Shown piece after piece: positions 13,930 to 27,949 of a DNA stretch of 64,000 bases (the stretch's first letter is position 1; every line of letters begins with the position of its first letter). Both the position numbers and the translations under genes were made by a program. Below the pieces are notes generated by a model, which was not told the origin of the DNA, did not search any database, and saw only the letters and a program-made list of their open reading frames with translations. Source of the DNA: Mobula birostris (lineage: Eukaryota); NCBI RefSeq assembly GCF_030028105.1, contig NC_092398.1, positions 15,498,600-15,562,599 on the forward strand. Direction: 5' to 3'.

Positions 13930-14255
13930 AATAAACACAAGAAATTCTGCAGATGCTGGAAATCCAAAACAACATACACAAAATGCGGGAGGAACTAAAA
14001 ATATGAGGCAGTGTCCACGGAAAAGAACAAACAATCGATGTTTCTGGCAGAGACCCTCTTCAGAACGCAAAAGGAAGGGGGAAGACGTCAGAATAAAAAG
14101 GTGGGGGAATAAGAACGTGACATGAAGTCAGGTGGGTAGGATAGGTCATGGACTGGAGATGAAGCAATTTGATAGCACAGGAGAAGGGACCACAGGAAAA
14201 AAGGAAGGAGGGGGGGCTCCAGGGAGAGGTGATTGGGAGGTGAGAAGAGGCAAGA
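13930..14255 (-). mobile_element. Penelope-like element terminal fragment (truncated by a roughly 665 bp deletion relative to copy B)
   Basis: CCAGCATCTGCAGAA end and a degenerate hammerhead core CTGAAGA..GAAAC at about 14031-14068. Confidence 0.65.
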
Positions 14256-17171
14256 TCTTAAACATTTCCAAATTCTTGCACAGCGTTTCTATCTTATCTT
14301 GAATCTTGAAACATTATACACTAAAACATTTCCCAGACTGGTAGATTGTGGATGGAGTAAAGGACTATCAATGAACACAGAGGGATATGGATCGGGTAGG
14401 AATGGCAGTGTCAGTTCAGTAGAGTTTTACATGCATATGTGAATATAAAGGGACTGTAGTGATATACAGTAGATGATAAACAGGAGGGTGTTCTGTACCA
14501 AGTCCCATTGTATCTCAGATTTTTGGATTTTCTCTCTGTTTTGAAAATAGTCTGCACATTTATTTCTACAACCAAAGTTGATGACCATGCATTTTCCAAC
14601 ATTGTGTTCCATTTGCCAACCTTGTCCATTATTCTAGTCTGTCTTAGTCCATCTGCAGCCTACCTGCCCCTCCAGCAATCTTCATATCAGCTAAAAACTT
14701 GGCAACAAAGCCATCTATTCCATCGTGAAAATCATTTTTATTAAAAGGAGTGGTCCCAACACCAACCACTACTCACTGGCAGCCAAGCAGAAAAGGATCC
14801 CTTTATCCCACTCGCTGTCTTCTACCAATCCAGTAAGCAGCCTCAAGTGTGGCAGCTTGTCAAAGGCCTTCTGAAAGTCAAAATATAGAACATCCACTGC
14901 ATCCCCTTTATCTATCCTATGTATAATCTACTCAAAAGAATTCCAACAGGTTTGTCAGACAGGATTTTCCCTTAGGAAGCCAAGTACTCCAGAATCTCAT
15001 CCTTAACAATTTACTCCAACATCTTCCCAACCACTGAGGTCAGGTCTATAATTTCCTTTTGCTGCCTTTCTAAAAGAGTGGAGTGCCATTTTCAACTTTC
15101 CAGGCCTCTGGAGGTATGCCAGAGTCCAATGATATTTGAAGATCATTACTAATGCCCCCCACAATCTCCACCATTACCCTTTTCAGAATCCGAGGGTGCA
15201 GTTCATCTGGTCCAGGTGACATGTATCCTTAGGTCTTTCAGCTTTTTGAGCATCTTCTCCCTTGTAATAGTAACTGCACCCACCACTCTTCCCTCACACC
15301 CTTTAACATTTGGCACATCGCTAGTGTTTTCCACAGTAAAGACTGATGCAAAATACTCATTTATGTCATCTGCCATCTCCTTGGGCCCTGTTATTATTTC
15401 TCCAGCCTCATTTTTTAGCAGTTCTATGTCCACTCTCATCTCTCTTTTTTTAATATACTTCATAAAGCTTTTACTACCCACTTTGATATTGGCAGTAACA
15501 TTACTATCATATATCTTGGATAACTGACACAAAACCTCTTCAGATGTGTTTTCAATTCTTGGAAAATTAAATGATGGTTTTATCAAAAAAGAGCAAACAC
15601 AAAGAGACGAGTACAGTACTGAAATTCAAGTAGAACACAGTTCAGGCAGTAAAGACAGAGTTAACATTTCAAGCAGAAGCCTCTTCATCAGATACCATTC
15701 TGCTAACATGTTTTGTTGCATATTTATTCCTGCCAGCATGTGCAATCTCACTTCCTTCCATAATTTCCCCTCCTTACTCCATCTTCCCTAGTTATGTTCC
15801 CATCTCTGTTTACGTCACCTGTCAGTAAAGAATTTTTCACTTTCCTATGAAAGGGAAGCTTCTCAAATGGACATCTCAGTTCAGCGCAACCAGTCTTCCC
15901 TTTATCCACAGATTATGTTACTACACCAAAGATTTCAATATATTTGGCTTAAAGTGGAATCACTTTATCAAAACCCTGTTCACTTTGAATTCTTGAAGTT
16001 TTCTTGAAGTTTTGGAGATGTGCATTCAGATTTCTTGAAGTTTTGGAGATGTGCATTTATTCCCTCTGTGGTTACAGGTTCAAGTGTTTTTGGGACAGAT
16101 GGTTAACTGTAAGTAGGTGACCAGAACTGCGGTCAATACTCCAAATTAGGTCTCATCAACATGTTACACAACTTCATCATAACATCCCAACTCCTGTACT
16201 CAGTGTTTTGATTTTCGAAGGCCATCGTGTCTACAGCTCTATTTACAGTCCTTGCTACCTGTGAGACCAGTTTCAAGGAATAATGGGTCTGTATTCCCAG
16301 ATCACACTGCAAGCTTCGACAGTCTTCCTCGTTGTCCACTACATCCCCATTCTTTGTTGATCCATTTTACAATATAATCACTCAGTTTGTGATATAGATG
16401 TGAAAAAAAAACAGGACCCAGCACTGATCCCTGCTTAAGAAGGGAGGTGATTTAAATATAGAAACTGATGAGGAGTGGAGATAGTGTAGGTTAGAGAGAG
16501 CTTTCCCCCATATCAAGAGCAGATAAAACTGCAGGACATGGGGTTTGGTTGAAGGGATAATAGGTTAAGAGAGGATTTGTTCACCCAGACGGTGGTGAGT
16601 TCCTGGAACACTGTACCGGAGAGAGTGGTGGAAGCAGAGTCGCTGATGGTATTTTCAAAATGTCACGTAAATTCCCAGGCTACGGAGCAAGTGCTGGAAC
16701 AATGAATTATTATGGATGGATTCCCAATGGTTGGTATCAATCTGATGGGCCAAATTGCCTGTAATACTGCTGAAACAATCTGTAAAAATCGGAATCAATG
16801 AATCTCTGCTACTAGAAACACGCAAACCTGATAAATATGATAACCGTATTCACCATCTCTCGCTCTGTTCCCATTAACCAGTTCCAGAGGGCCCTCGTTT
16901 ATACCAACAGTTTCCAACGGTTTATCCAGAACGCTGACGCAGTTCCGTTGCGGCTAAACTACTGGAAATTGACGGTCGTGGAGCTGAACGATGAGAGGCC
17001 GCTCTCTGCTCTGTCCGTCCGCCTGCCTTTGTCTCGACTCCTCCCCGTCTCTCCCTCTCTCCGCATTTGTTCGTCACTGTCTCCACCCCTTACAGCCTCT
17101 CTGCCTTTCTCGGACAGGTCGGGGCGCTGCGTATAAAATAAGGCAGCAGCAGTCGGTTCGTCACTGAGTGA

Positions 17172-17492
<321 letters not shown>

Positions 17493-17521
17493 GGAACTCT
17501 TGATTCTGAACACAAGACAAA

Positions 17522-17537
17522 GGCTCTTTTAAGAGCC
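17522..17537 (+). terminator. Histone 3' stem-loop (H4 copy B)
   Basis: GGCTCTTTTAAGAGCC-ACCCA. Confidence 0.95.
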
Positions 17538-18089
17538 ACCCACCACCTCAGAGACAGAGCAGTGACCCGGAGCAGAAATAGCTGATAAACAGAATTGGTT
17601 ATTGGAGAACTGACCATTTCTGTGTTCATCCGTACTTTCATCATTGCAGTAGCTGGAGTTTAGAAAATGCTAAAAAAGAAATGTAATTAAAGTTGTAACA
17701 TTCCCAGGAAGGTTATTTATAAAGAAAACTAACGGCCAATCATTTCGGATCGTCTGAATTCCGACCGCCAGTCACACATCGGTATCGGGGTACAGATGAT
17801 TTTAAACCCGACAGGCGGCTGCTTGAATTCGATAACGGATTTGAAGCCGATCGCACCGCTGGCGTCCTAGACGCGATCGTAGCCGACATTCAACTCCCAG
17901 CAGTTAGGACTTCCCCTCTCCGACATTTCAGACTGTGCACCCACCGTTAAGCCTGCGTTGCGTTTCGCACCAGCAAGGAATTTCTATACACCTTGCCTGC
18001 CAATTAGTACAACAATCTAATCCGAACAAGAGCCCTTTCCCCCGCACTTAAGGTATCCGCAGAGCAGCCCTTTCACAGACACAGTGAGT

Positions 18090-18105
18090 GGCTCTGAAAA
18101 GAGCC
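18090..18105 (-). terminator. Histone 3' stem-loop (H2A copy B)
   Basis: Minus strand GGCTCTTTTCAGAGCC. Confidence 0.95.
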
Positions 18106-18135
18106 TTTGGGTCACTGGGTTCAGATTCTGTCTCT

Positions 18136-18663
<528 letters not shown>

Positions 18664-20204
18664 TCAGAGTACCGCCCCGATTCACCGTTCAAGAAACAGC
18701 AGCAGAGTCACGGAAATTAACCGCTCATTCTCCTAAAAGAAACTGAAATTTGAAACAGCCCGCCAAAAATCCTTTGTTTAATGCTTATCTAAATTGAAAT
18801 TATTGCATCTCCACATTCACTAATTACTGGAGTCCGCCACATTTAATGTAAGTGCAGCTACTATTGCAACACTGGGTAGGGATTTAATTCACCCATTTCT
18901 TTAAATTAAGAAATTCTCAGAACGAAACCGGCTTCGTAGCTTCTGTTCGCCGTCGGTCATTGTTCGCGCATCAGGTTATGGACGAGTTGCTCTTCACAAA
19001 CGGCCTGAAAATTTTGTAATGTAAAAGGGGACAAGGGAAGTAGATATCGGACCACTTGAAAATGACTGGAAAGGTAGAAATGGGCGAGAAGGAAATGGTG
19101 GACGATCTGAATAAGTATTTTGCAATTGTCTTCGCTGTGGAAGATACTAGCAGTATGCCAGTGTTCGAGAGTGTCAGGGCCAGAAGTGAGTGAAATTGTG
19201 ATTACTAGTGAGAAAGTGCTTGGAAAACTGAAAGGTCTGAAGATAGATAAATCACCTGGTATATACCCCAGCGTTGTGAAAGAGTTGGACAAACAGATTG
19301 TAGACGCGTTAGAATGATCTTTCAAGAATTACTGGAATCTGGAACAGTTCCACAGGACGATAAATTGCAAAAATCATTCACTCTTCAAGAAGGAAGAGTT
19401 GCAGAAGAAAGGAAATTATTGGCCAGTTAGTGTGACCTTAGTGGTTGGGAAGATGTTGGAGTGGATTGTTAAGATGCGGTTTTGGATACTTGGAGCATGA
19501 TAAAATAGGCTGAAGTCAGGATGGTTTCCTTAAGGGAAAATTTTTGTCTGACAAATCTGTCGGAATTATTTGAAGAAATAACAAACAGGACAGATAAAGG
19601 AGAATTGATGGATACTATGTACTTAGATTTTCAGAAGCTTTTAACAAGATAAGAGCCCATGGTATACAAAAAAGATACTAGTATTGATAGAGCATTGGCT
19701 CATTGGCAGAAGGCAAAGAGTGGGAATAAAGGGAGCCTTTCCTGGAATACTGCCAGTGACTAATGGTGTTAAATAGGTGTCTGTGTTGGGACCCCTCTTT
19801 TTTTACAGAATATGTCAACGATTCAGATAATGGAATTGATGGATTTTTGCCAAGCTTGTAGATGATACAAAGATAGGTGAGGGAGCAAGTATCGCTGTAG
19901 AAGCAGGTAGTCTGCACAAGGACTGAAACAGATTAGGAGAATGGGTAAAGAAGTGCCAGATGGAATACAGGTTTGGGAATTGTATGGCTATGCACTATGT
20001 AGAAGAAATAGAAGTGTACACTAATTCTAATTGGAGAGAAAATTCAAAAAATCCGAGGTACAGAGGAACTTAGGAGTTCTTACGTAGGATACACTAAAGG
20101 TTAATTTGCTTGTTGAGTCGGTAGTGAGGAAGCCAAATGCAATGTGAGCATTAATTTCAAGAGGACTAGAATTTAAAAGCAAGGGTGTAATACTGAGGTT
20201 TTAT

Positions 20205-20504
20205 TGGCATCCATTAATCTCATGAGACCATACACTTGCACCTTGGAAGGTTTCCAGTGCGCAGGCCTGGGCAAGGTTATTTGGAAGACCAGCAGTTGCC
20301 TATACTGCAAGTCTCCCCTCTCCACACCACCAATTTTGTCCAAGGGAAGGGCACTAGGGCTGATACAGCTTCCAATACACTGGTGTCGTCACACAGCAAT
20401 GTATGGTTAAGTGCAAGGATACAACACGCTGCTTCAGCTGAGGCTTGAACTAGCGACCTTCAGATCACTAGACTGATGCCTTAACCACTTGGCCATGCAC
20501 CAAC
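20205..20504 (-). mobile_element. tRNA-derived SINE with 13-bp target-site duplication
   Basis: TSD ACTGAGGTTTTAT at 20192-20204 and 20505-20517; tRNA-like head at the right end. Confidence 0.8.
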
Positions 20505-22045
20505 ACTGAGGTTTTATAAGGCACTGATAAGGCCTCATTTGGAATAATGAGCATTTTGGGCCTCTTATCTGAGAAAGGATGTGCTGACATTGTTGAGCTA
20601 TCAAAGGAAGTTCATGAAATCAAGTCTGGGATAAAAAGGGTTGTCATAGGAAGAGTTTTTGATTGCTCTGGGCAAATGTAGAAACACTTCAATAGAGTGG
20701 ATGTGTAAGAGATTATTTCCTGTGGTGTGGGAGTCTGACACCAGAGGCCACAACCTCGAAATAGAGGGACGTCCATTTAAAACGGAGATGAAAGGGAATC
20801 TCTTTAGCTAGAGACTGGAGAATCTGTAGAATTCAAGGCTATTGATGGTCAAGTGATTGGGTATATTTAAGGTAGAGCTTGATAGTTACTTGATTGGTCA
20901 GGGTCTGATGTTTACGAGGAGAAGGCAGGGGAGGGAAATATATCAATCATAATGAAATGGTGGAGCAGAATCGATGATCTTTATCTGTTCCTATGACTTA
21001 TAATTGCAACTTCCCCCATTCTGAGCTCTCATCTCCTCCAAAGTGAAGTCATCTTTTTCTAAATTCAATTCAATTCAGTCTCCACTTCAATTAAGTGTCT
21101 CACAGTCCCTGACAGATTGAGAGAACATGATCCTTAATTAAAACCTTTGCCTCTCTCTTACTTCGTGGGATACAGGTATCAGTATCACAGCACTGCCCTT
21201 CATAGATTGTTTAGCCAACATATCGACTACTTCCGACATGAGTTGTGATCCAGAAAAGCAGACATACTGCGGCTGTAACAATGTTTGCCTAACTTCCAAC
21301 AGAACACCCGGACAATGATTGGACGACCCATCTTAAGACGACATAATACAGAGAAGGAATCAGATCAGACAACACAGTTAGGCTGTGCATACTCTATCCA
21401 CTGCAATGCAAGGATTGCCAGCAATTCGATAGCATAATCTGGGAGTTCATTAGAAAAACGTTTTCTAACACCTGAAATGATGGGACACCTGAAATGATGC
21501 ACTGGTGTTATGTGACACTGGGCCTTTAGAATTCCATTCCTACATATTGATGAAGCACAGATGGAGAAACCACTACCTCTTCAGTTACACACCCAGCACA
21601 TACTGACGGGCTCTCCCAGTCAACTCTACCCCAGTTAAAGCAAATAGACAGGAAGGGATAATGGATAAAGCCACGTAGGAGCGTAGTTCATAATGGACAG
21701 GCGCATGTTCCCTGCCTGATCGTTTCCTTCCCACCCAAAAACAAATCTTACGAGCTTGGTGTTCCAGACAATTCGTTAATAAATTCAGAGTTTGATGATC
21801 ATCCTCGTCCACTGAGGTCAAACCAGTAACTCATAGCAATGTGCAATCTTCGTAAATACAATGGCATCTCACTGATTTCCTCCTGCAGAGCAGAAATAGA
21901 AGACGTAACAGAACAACACAAATGTTACCCAGCGGCATCGAACTGCTGATGCTCCGTGTCGATGAGGTATATGGGAGCGGGGCTGGCATGTTTAACAAAA
22001 GCTCAGTGAACAGTAACAAACAGCCCTTTCCACTGTTGTGTTGGT

Positions 22046-22061
22046 GGCTCTTAAAAGAGCC
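22046..22061 (-). terminator. Histone 3' stem-loop (H3 copy B)
   Basis: Minus strand GGCTCTTTTAAGAGCC-ACCAA. Confidence 0.95.
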
Positions 22062-22090
22062 TTTTGTTGTGCTTAGTGCCGAGGTGGGAT

Positions 22091-22507
<417 letters not shown>

Positions 22508-22512
22508 TCAGC

Positions 22513-22869
22513 CTTTTTTTTCCAAAAATACTTTATTCAGAAATATTACAAAATAAAAATAATTACATACAGGAAAAGAAAACCATTCGTTGACTGTGAG
22601 TCCTTATTCAATACAGTTATTAACAATAAAAATTTTGCGTTGACTCTCTGTTCATTTACAAATGAAAGATGTTTACAGTAAATTATGCGTTTACTCTCAA
22701 CCCTTGGTCAAGAGTTAAGACTTATTAACAATCAAAATTTTCAACAATAAAGGCAGGCAATGGCTCTAATACTTTCCCAAATTAACAATTCCACCCACTC
22801 CTTGGGCACCATGTTGATTATCTGTCCACACCGCTGATGAGGGTAGGTCTCCTCCCCACCCAACCTCCC
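22513..22869 (-). mobile_element. 5'-truncated poly(A)-tailed retroelement 3' UTR (L1/Tx1-like) inserted in the H3 5' UTR
   Basis: Absent from copy A (10138-10140 AGT at the same site); minus strand ends GAATAAAGTATTTTTGG-A8, about 11 nt before the H3 ATG. Confidence 0.75.
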
Positions 22870-22925
22870 CTGAGCAAAACTTCAAATACCGGGATCGGAA
22901 TAGCGGAGCAGACGCAGGAACCAGC

Positions 22926-23009
22926 TTTTAAAGAGTTGATGAAGGGCCGCCCCACTCTCTGATTGGTTGAAAGAGAGATACGTATTGCAGGCCCCAGCGT
23001 TGCGATTGG
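22926..23009 (-). promoter_or_regulatory. H3 copy B promoter: TATA-like box and two CCAAT boxes
   Basis: TTTAAAA at 22926-22932; ATTGG at 22962-22966 and 23005-23009 (43 bp spacing). Confidence 0.7.
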
Positions 23010-23714
23010 CTGCTTTTCCAGCACCAGTTTGAAGCTGGCCGGTGGTGGGGTTGGGGGAGATGGTGGAGAATATTACCCACGACCAAATATGGAAACTGGT
23101 GACTTAGGGTCGGAATTTAGCCAGTCTGACTGCAGTGATTGAATAGCGGTTCAATTTCAATTCGCCCGCCAATTCCAAGAGCAAACAAAAGAAAATACTG
23201 TTTCAACAGCAACAGATCTTCTTACAATTAATTAAAAGAATCACGAATGATCAAATTTCACCTTGATGTAAATCATCGATCGTCTTCATTCAATTAGCTG
23301 AATCTGAATGTTTACATTTTTACTGAATAGCTTCTCGAGGTGAGTGAATTCAGTGTTGCCGGAAACGGGAGGAAAGAGAGAGAAAACTGAGATCGATTTT
23401 AATTCACTGCTTTTACTAAATGGTTTTGTGGGGAAACAGCCACAACAGGTTTTCAAAAGGACCACAGGAACCAACACCGAAATGAATTGCTGCTCAATAC
23501 AGTATATCTACAAAACATTCATTACAACCAAATACATTAAATTGTCAATCTCTTCCCTCTCCAAATTGCTGTTCAAACCGACGGCCGCTGTCTCCTTTTA
23601 TCACATCACCCTGACCTGCCCGAGAGAGACGGAGAGGGATGCAGAGAGACAGCTTCAGAGTAATAGAGCAGAGAGAGACCTCTATTTTCCAGCTCTTTCG
23701 TGGGAGATGTGAGT

Positions 23715-23730
23715 GGCTCTTAGAAGAGCC
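23715..23730 (-). terminator. Histone 3' stem-loop (H1 copy B)
   Basis: Minus strand GGCTCTTCTAAGAGCC. Confidence 0.93.
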
Positions 23731-23764
23731 GTTGGTTTCAGGTCTTTAAAATGTGTATTTTTAT

Positions 23765-24397
23765 TTACTTTTTGGCCGCCGTCTTCTTGGGTTTCACGGA
23801 TGTTGCCTTCGGTTTGGGTTTCGCCGACTTCTTGGGCGCTTTCGCCTTCGGGGCTGCGATCTTCTTGGGGCTCTTGGTCTTCTGCGCAGCCTTCTTGGCC
23901 GCTGGTTTCTTAGCAGCCGCTTTATTAGCCGTCGGTTTCTTAACACTTTGCTTCTTGGCGGGAGATTTCTTAGCTGCTTTCTTAGCTGCAGTTTTCTTGA
24001 TCGCTGGCTTCTTGGTCTGAGATGTCTTGGCCGCTGGTTTCTTCGTTTTTTTCACGATTTTCGCGCCACTGTCCTTTTTAGCGGCCGTCAAGGAGCCGGA
24101 GGCACCTGCGCCCTTGGTGTGAATCAGGGAGCCGCTTTCCAATTTCCTTTTAATGACCATCTTGATCTGACTTTTGAGCTTTTCCACATCGACGCCGTTG
24201 GCAGCCAACTCTTTCTTTATCGCGACTATGGACACCCCTCGGGGACTGCGGCAATCCGCCACAATCTTGTCGATCTGTTCGCCCAGTTTGGGACCGGCTG
24301 GCTTGGTCCGGGCGGCCGCCTTCTTCTTCTTGGGAGCCTTGGTTGCAGCGGCAGGCGCCGGTGGAGGAGCCACTTCAGCAGCTGCGGTCTCGGTCAT
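23765..24397 (-). CDS. H1: Linker histone H1 (210 aa)
   Basis: ATG at 24397; paralog of 11018-11650 with a few substitutions (e.g. IKKELAA, GSLTAAKK). Confidence 0.95.
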   Translation of the reverse strand: MTETAAAEVAPPPAPAAATKAPKKKKAAARTKPAGPKLGEQIDKIVADCRSPRGVSIVAIKKELAANGVDVEKLKSQIKMVIKRKLESGSLIHTKGAGASGSLTAAKKDSGAKIVKKTKKPAAKTSQTKKPAIKKTAAKKAAKKSPAKKQSVKKPTANKAAAKKPAAKKAAQKTKSPKKIAAPKAKAPKKSAKPKPKATSVKPKKTAAKK

Positions 24398-26739
24398 GTC
24401 GGCGACTCTGTACAAACTCTCTCAAAACTCAGAACTGAGTGAGAAATGAAGCGAGAGGCGGCGGTGCAGAGCAATTTAAAGGCAGCGAGCGGACGGGGCG
24501 GTGACACCCTCTCGTCAGCTCCCGGCCACTCTGTCTCTCTGTGTTTCTTTCTCCTCAAAAACCCTCCGTTTCCAATTAAAATAAGGCACCTCCATCACAC
24601 AGATCGATCTCTGACTGTGTCCGAGGCCGGATTCTTTGCTGTAAAACAAGCTTGGTCCGAATTAAAGGCAACAGTTTTCATATAAATCCGTTTAACTGCT
24701 GCACCGACTTCGTTCTCTCCCGCGATCACCGGCATGTTCGCCGTTTTCCGACTGAAATATTAAAACCAACAAAAAATACGGGCAATTCCCACTTTAGGAC
24801 TGAGCTGGCGAGCTGGGCCATCTCGTGACAGGGAAATCTTTTTATTTTCCACAGGAGGGACGGCGAAATGCGGCGACTTGATCGGTCTCACAAACACAGC
24901 CACATCGCATTCAAAGTGTCACTGGTTATCTGTTCTGTATCTTGCAATATTTAATTTACACACTTTGTTTATTTATGTGTAAAAAATCTATCGATTTTAT
25001 CCTTTACACGCTAATTCGGAGAAACGTTGTCTCGTTTGCCGGCATACATGTATATTGTTAAACGACAATAAACTTGATTTGTTTGACCGTGGTAACAGTC
25101 TGAGCTGTCAGGTCCCTCTCTGACACACCGTTCATATCTGCACAAACTGTGGGCCCGGTGTACAGTTCCCAGCACAAGTTTTCCTCTCCGCTTCCGTGTT
25201 ACCGCGTGTTGCTTGTAGATTCCCAGCTCAGTAACATCTCTGGTTCTTTCTCTTATCTCTTCAGCCATACTTTTCTCTTTAGTAAACATTGATTACAAAA
25301 CTCACCCACCTCCTGGGGCTCAAGATCTCGGAAGCCCTTCTAATCTCTAAGGGGACCGAATCTCTCCCTAACTACCCTTTTACTCCGAAGACAACGGGAG
25401 AACCTCTTCGGAGATTCCTGAACTTTACCTGCCAGATCCATCTCATACTCCCTCTCTTTGCCCTCCTGGTTTCCTTCCGCAGAGCATTCTCAATCTCTTT
25501 ATAGCCAGAAAGGGATTGGTTTGATGTCAACCTCCTGAATGAAATGTATAATTTCTTTCTTTCTTTTAAAACTGAACCTCATTATCTCACATTGCCAAGG
25601 TTTCCCAAACGTGCCAGATTGTCCTTCACCCCAACGGGAACATTCTGTTCCCAGACACTTGCTGTCCCACTTATAAACAAGTCCCACTTGCCATTCATTC
25701 ATTTTCTTTCTTACAGGCTCTCCAAATCAACCTTGGCTCGTAACTAATTCCCCCAACATTACCCTGCCCCTGTTTACAGCACTAACCTGTGGAGCTGACC
25801 AACTGTATCCTTCCCATCACTCTCTTAGGCTAAAAGAATGAAGAAGGTATCAAAAATTACAAGGGAACCTTGGTTAACTGTGGAAATCAGCTGAGGAATG
25901 ACTGTCATACTTAACATCAACACTCAGAAAAGACTTCAGAAAGAAGGCCAGTTCTCAAAAATATTGGTTCCTCTTGTGGCTGTACAGTGTCTGCGCTCTG
26001 TTCAGTCAGGACACTACATTTGGGTTTATTGAGATACAGCATGGAAAAGGTCTCTACAGCCCCTTCAGCCATGCTGGCCAGCAATCCACCAGTTAAATCC
26101 CAGGCAATTTATAATGACCGATTAACCTCCCAACCAGTAGGTCTTGGACTGTGGGAGGAAACCGGAGCACCAGAGAATGTATAAACTCCTCACTGGCAAC
26201 AGCAGGAATTGAACCCTGGTCACCTGCAATTTTAAACCTTTCCTTCCTGAAACTTCCACAAAACTGGCATCACAGATGGACAGGATGGGGAAGAAAGTGT
26301 TTGGTACACTGGCCTCCATCAGCAAAGATGATTAGCACAGGAGCTGGAACGTGATGTTCTTTTTGTGTAAGACTTTGATGAATCCACACCCAGGATATTC
26401 TGTGCAGCTTTAGTCACCCTCATTACAGCCACAGTGCAATTAACTTTAAAACAGTGCAAAAAAGGTTTAGAAGAGTAACGGTGGAAATTGAAGGCCTGAG
26501 TTACATGATGGTGTTGGCTGTGCTGTCCGTAAACTTCAAGCGAAGACATTAAGACCTGTCAGATATAAGTAGCCATGAATATGCTCACTAAAGGGAGATA
26601 ATACTGTCATGACCCAATCTTCAAAGATTGGTTTATTCTCCATGGTGTTTTGCTGCCAATACACCACCTATTCGAATGGTTGGCCCCCCTCCCTACAAAG
26701 GAGAAGTTACTTCCAGCTAACAAAGTAGTTTAAAGTAAT

Positions 26740-27630
26740 AAACACAAGAAATTCTGCAGATGCTGGAAATCCAAAACTACATACACAAAATGCTGGAGGA
26801 ACTAATCAAATGAGGCAGTGTCCATGGAAAAGAACAAACAATCAATGTTTCGCGCAGAGACCTTCTTCAGAACTGGAAAGGAACTGGGAAGATGTCAGAA
26901 TAAAAAGGTGGGGGAATAAGAACATGATGTGAAGTCAGGTGGGTAGGAAAGGTCAGGGACTGGAGATGAAGCAATTAGATAGCACAGGAGAGGGGACCAC
27001 AGGAGAAAAGGAAGGAGGGGGCTCCAGGGAGAGGTGATTGGTAGGTGAGAAGAGGCAAGAGGCCAGAGTGGAGAATAGAAGGGGAGACAGAGGGAATTTT
27101 TTTTTACCAGAAGGGGAAATTGATATTCATGCCATCATTTTCGAGGCTACTCAGGTGGAATATAAGGTGTTGCTCCTCCACTCTAAGGGTGGCCTCGTTG
27201 TGGCACAAGAGGTGGCTAGGGACCCAACATGACAGAATGGGAATGGGAATAAGAAATGAAAGTTTGGGCCATCACTTTGTTCCAGTGCTGGTGGATGGAG
27301 CAGAGATGCTCAACAAAGCAGTACCCCGATTTATGACAGGTGTCACCAATGTAGAGGAGGTTACATCAAGAGCATCGGATACAATAAACAAACCCAGTAG
27401 ATTCATAGGTGAAATGTTCCCTCAGCTGGAAGGACTCTTTGGGGTTCTGAATGGAGGTGAGCGAGGAGGTGGGTAGACAGGTGTAGCACTTTGGCCACTT
27501 GATACATGCCAGAGGGGAGATTAGTTGGGGTGGATGAATGGACAAGGAAATTACCAGGAGGCGGGGGAAGGGTTGGGGGTGCGGTAGGAAGGTAAAGTTA
27601 TGTTTGGTGGTAGGAACCCTTTGGAGGTGT
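26740..27630 (-). mobile_element. Penelope-like element 3' portion (GIY-YIG endonuclease relic plus terminal repeat)
   Basis: Minus strand about 27330-27415 reads HFTYESTGFVYCIRCS*CNLLYIGDT (GIY-YIG motif); ends in CCAGCATCTGCAGAA. Confidence 0.75.
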
Positions 27631-27949
27631 AGTTTAAAGTAGTTTAGAACAGATTTTTAAAAAAATTTAATCACTTAAATCCAAACAACACTCTCAAAAC
27701 ACATTAAAATTTCAGACAATTTCTATCTTAAACACTTCCAAATTCTTGCAGAGCATTTCTACCTTATTTTGAATCTTGAAACATTATACACTAAAACATT
27801 TCCCAGCCTCAGGTTTCCCATTCTCATTCTCAGGCTCACATACTCCTTGGACGCCATCAGGTCCACCCCTCTGTAACCTTCTCATGCTGGAAAACTCCCA
27901 CATCTCCTCCCTTCCATCTTTCTGGTCCCTTTCATATCCTGACATTACT

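Noticed and set aside
15988-16056. Short direct repeats TTCTTGAAGTTTTGGAGATGTGCATT
   Set aside because: Local slippage duplication specific to copy B; there are no unique spacers, so it is not CRISPR-like, and the context is eukaryotic.
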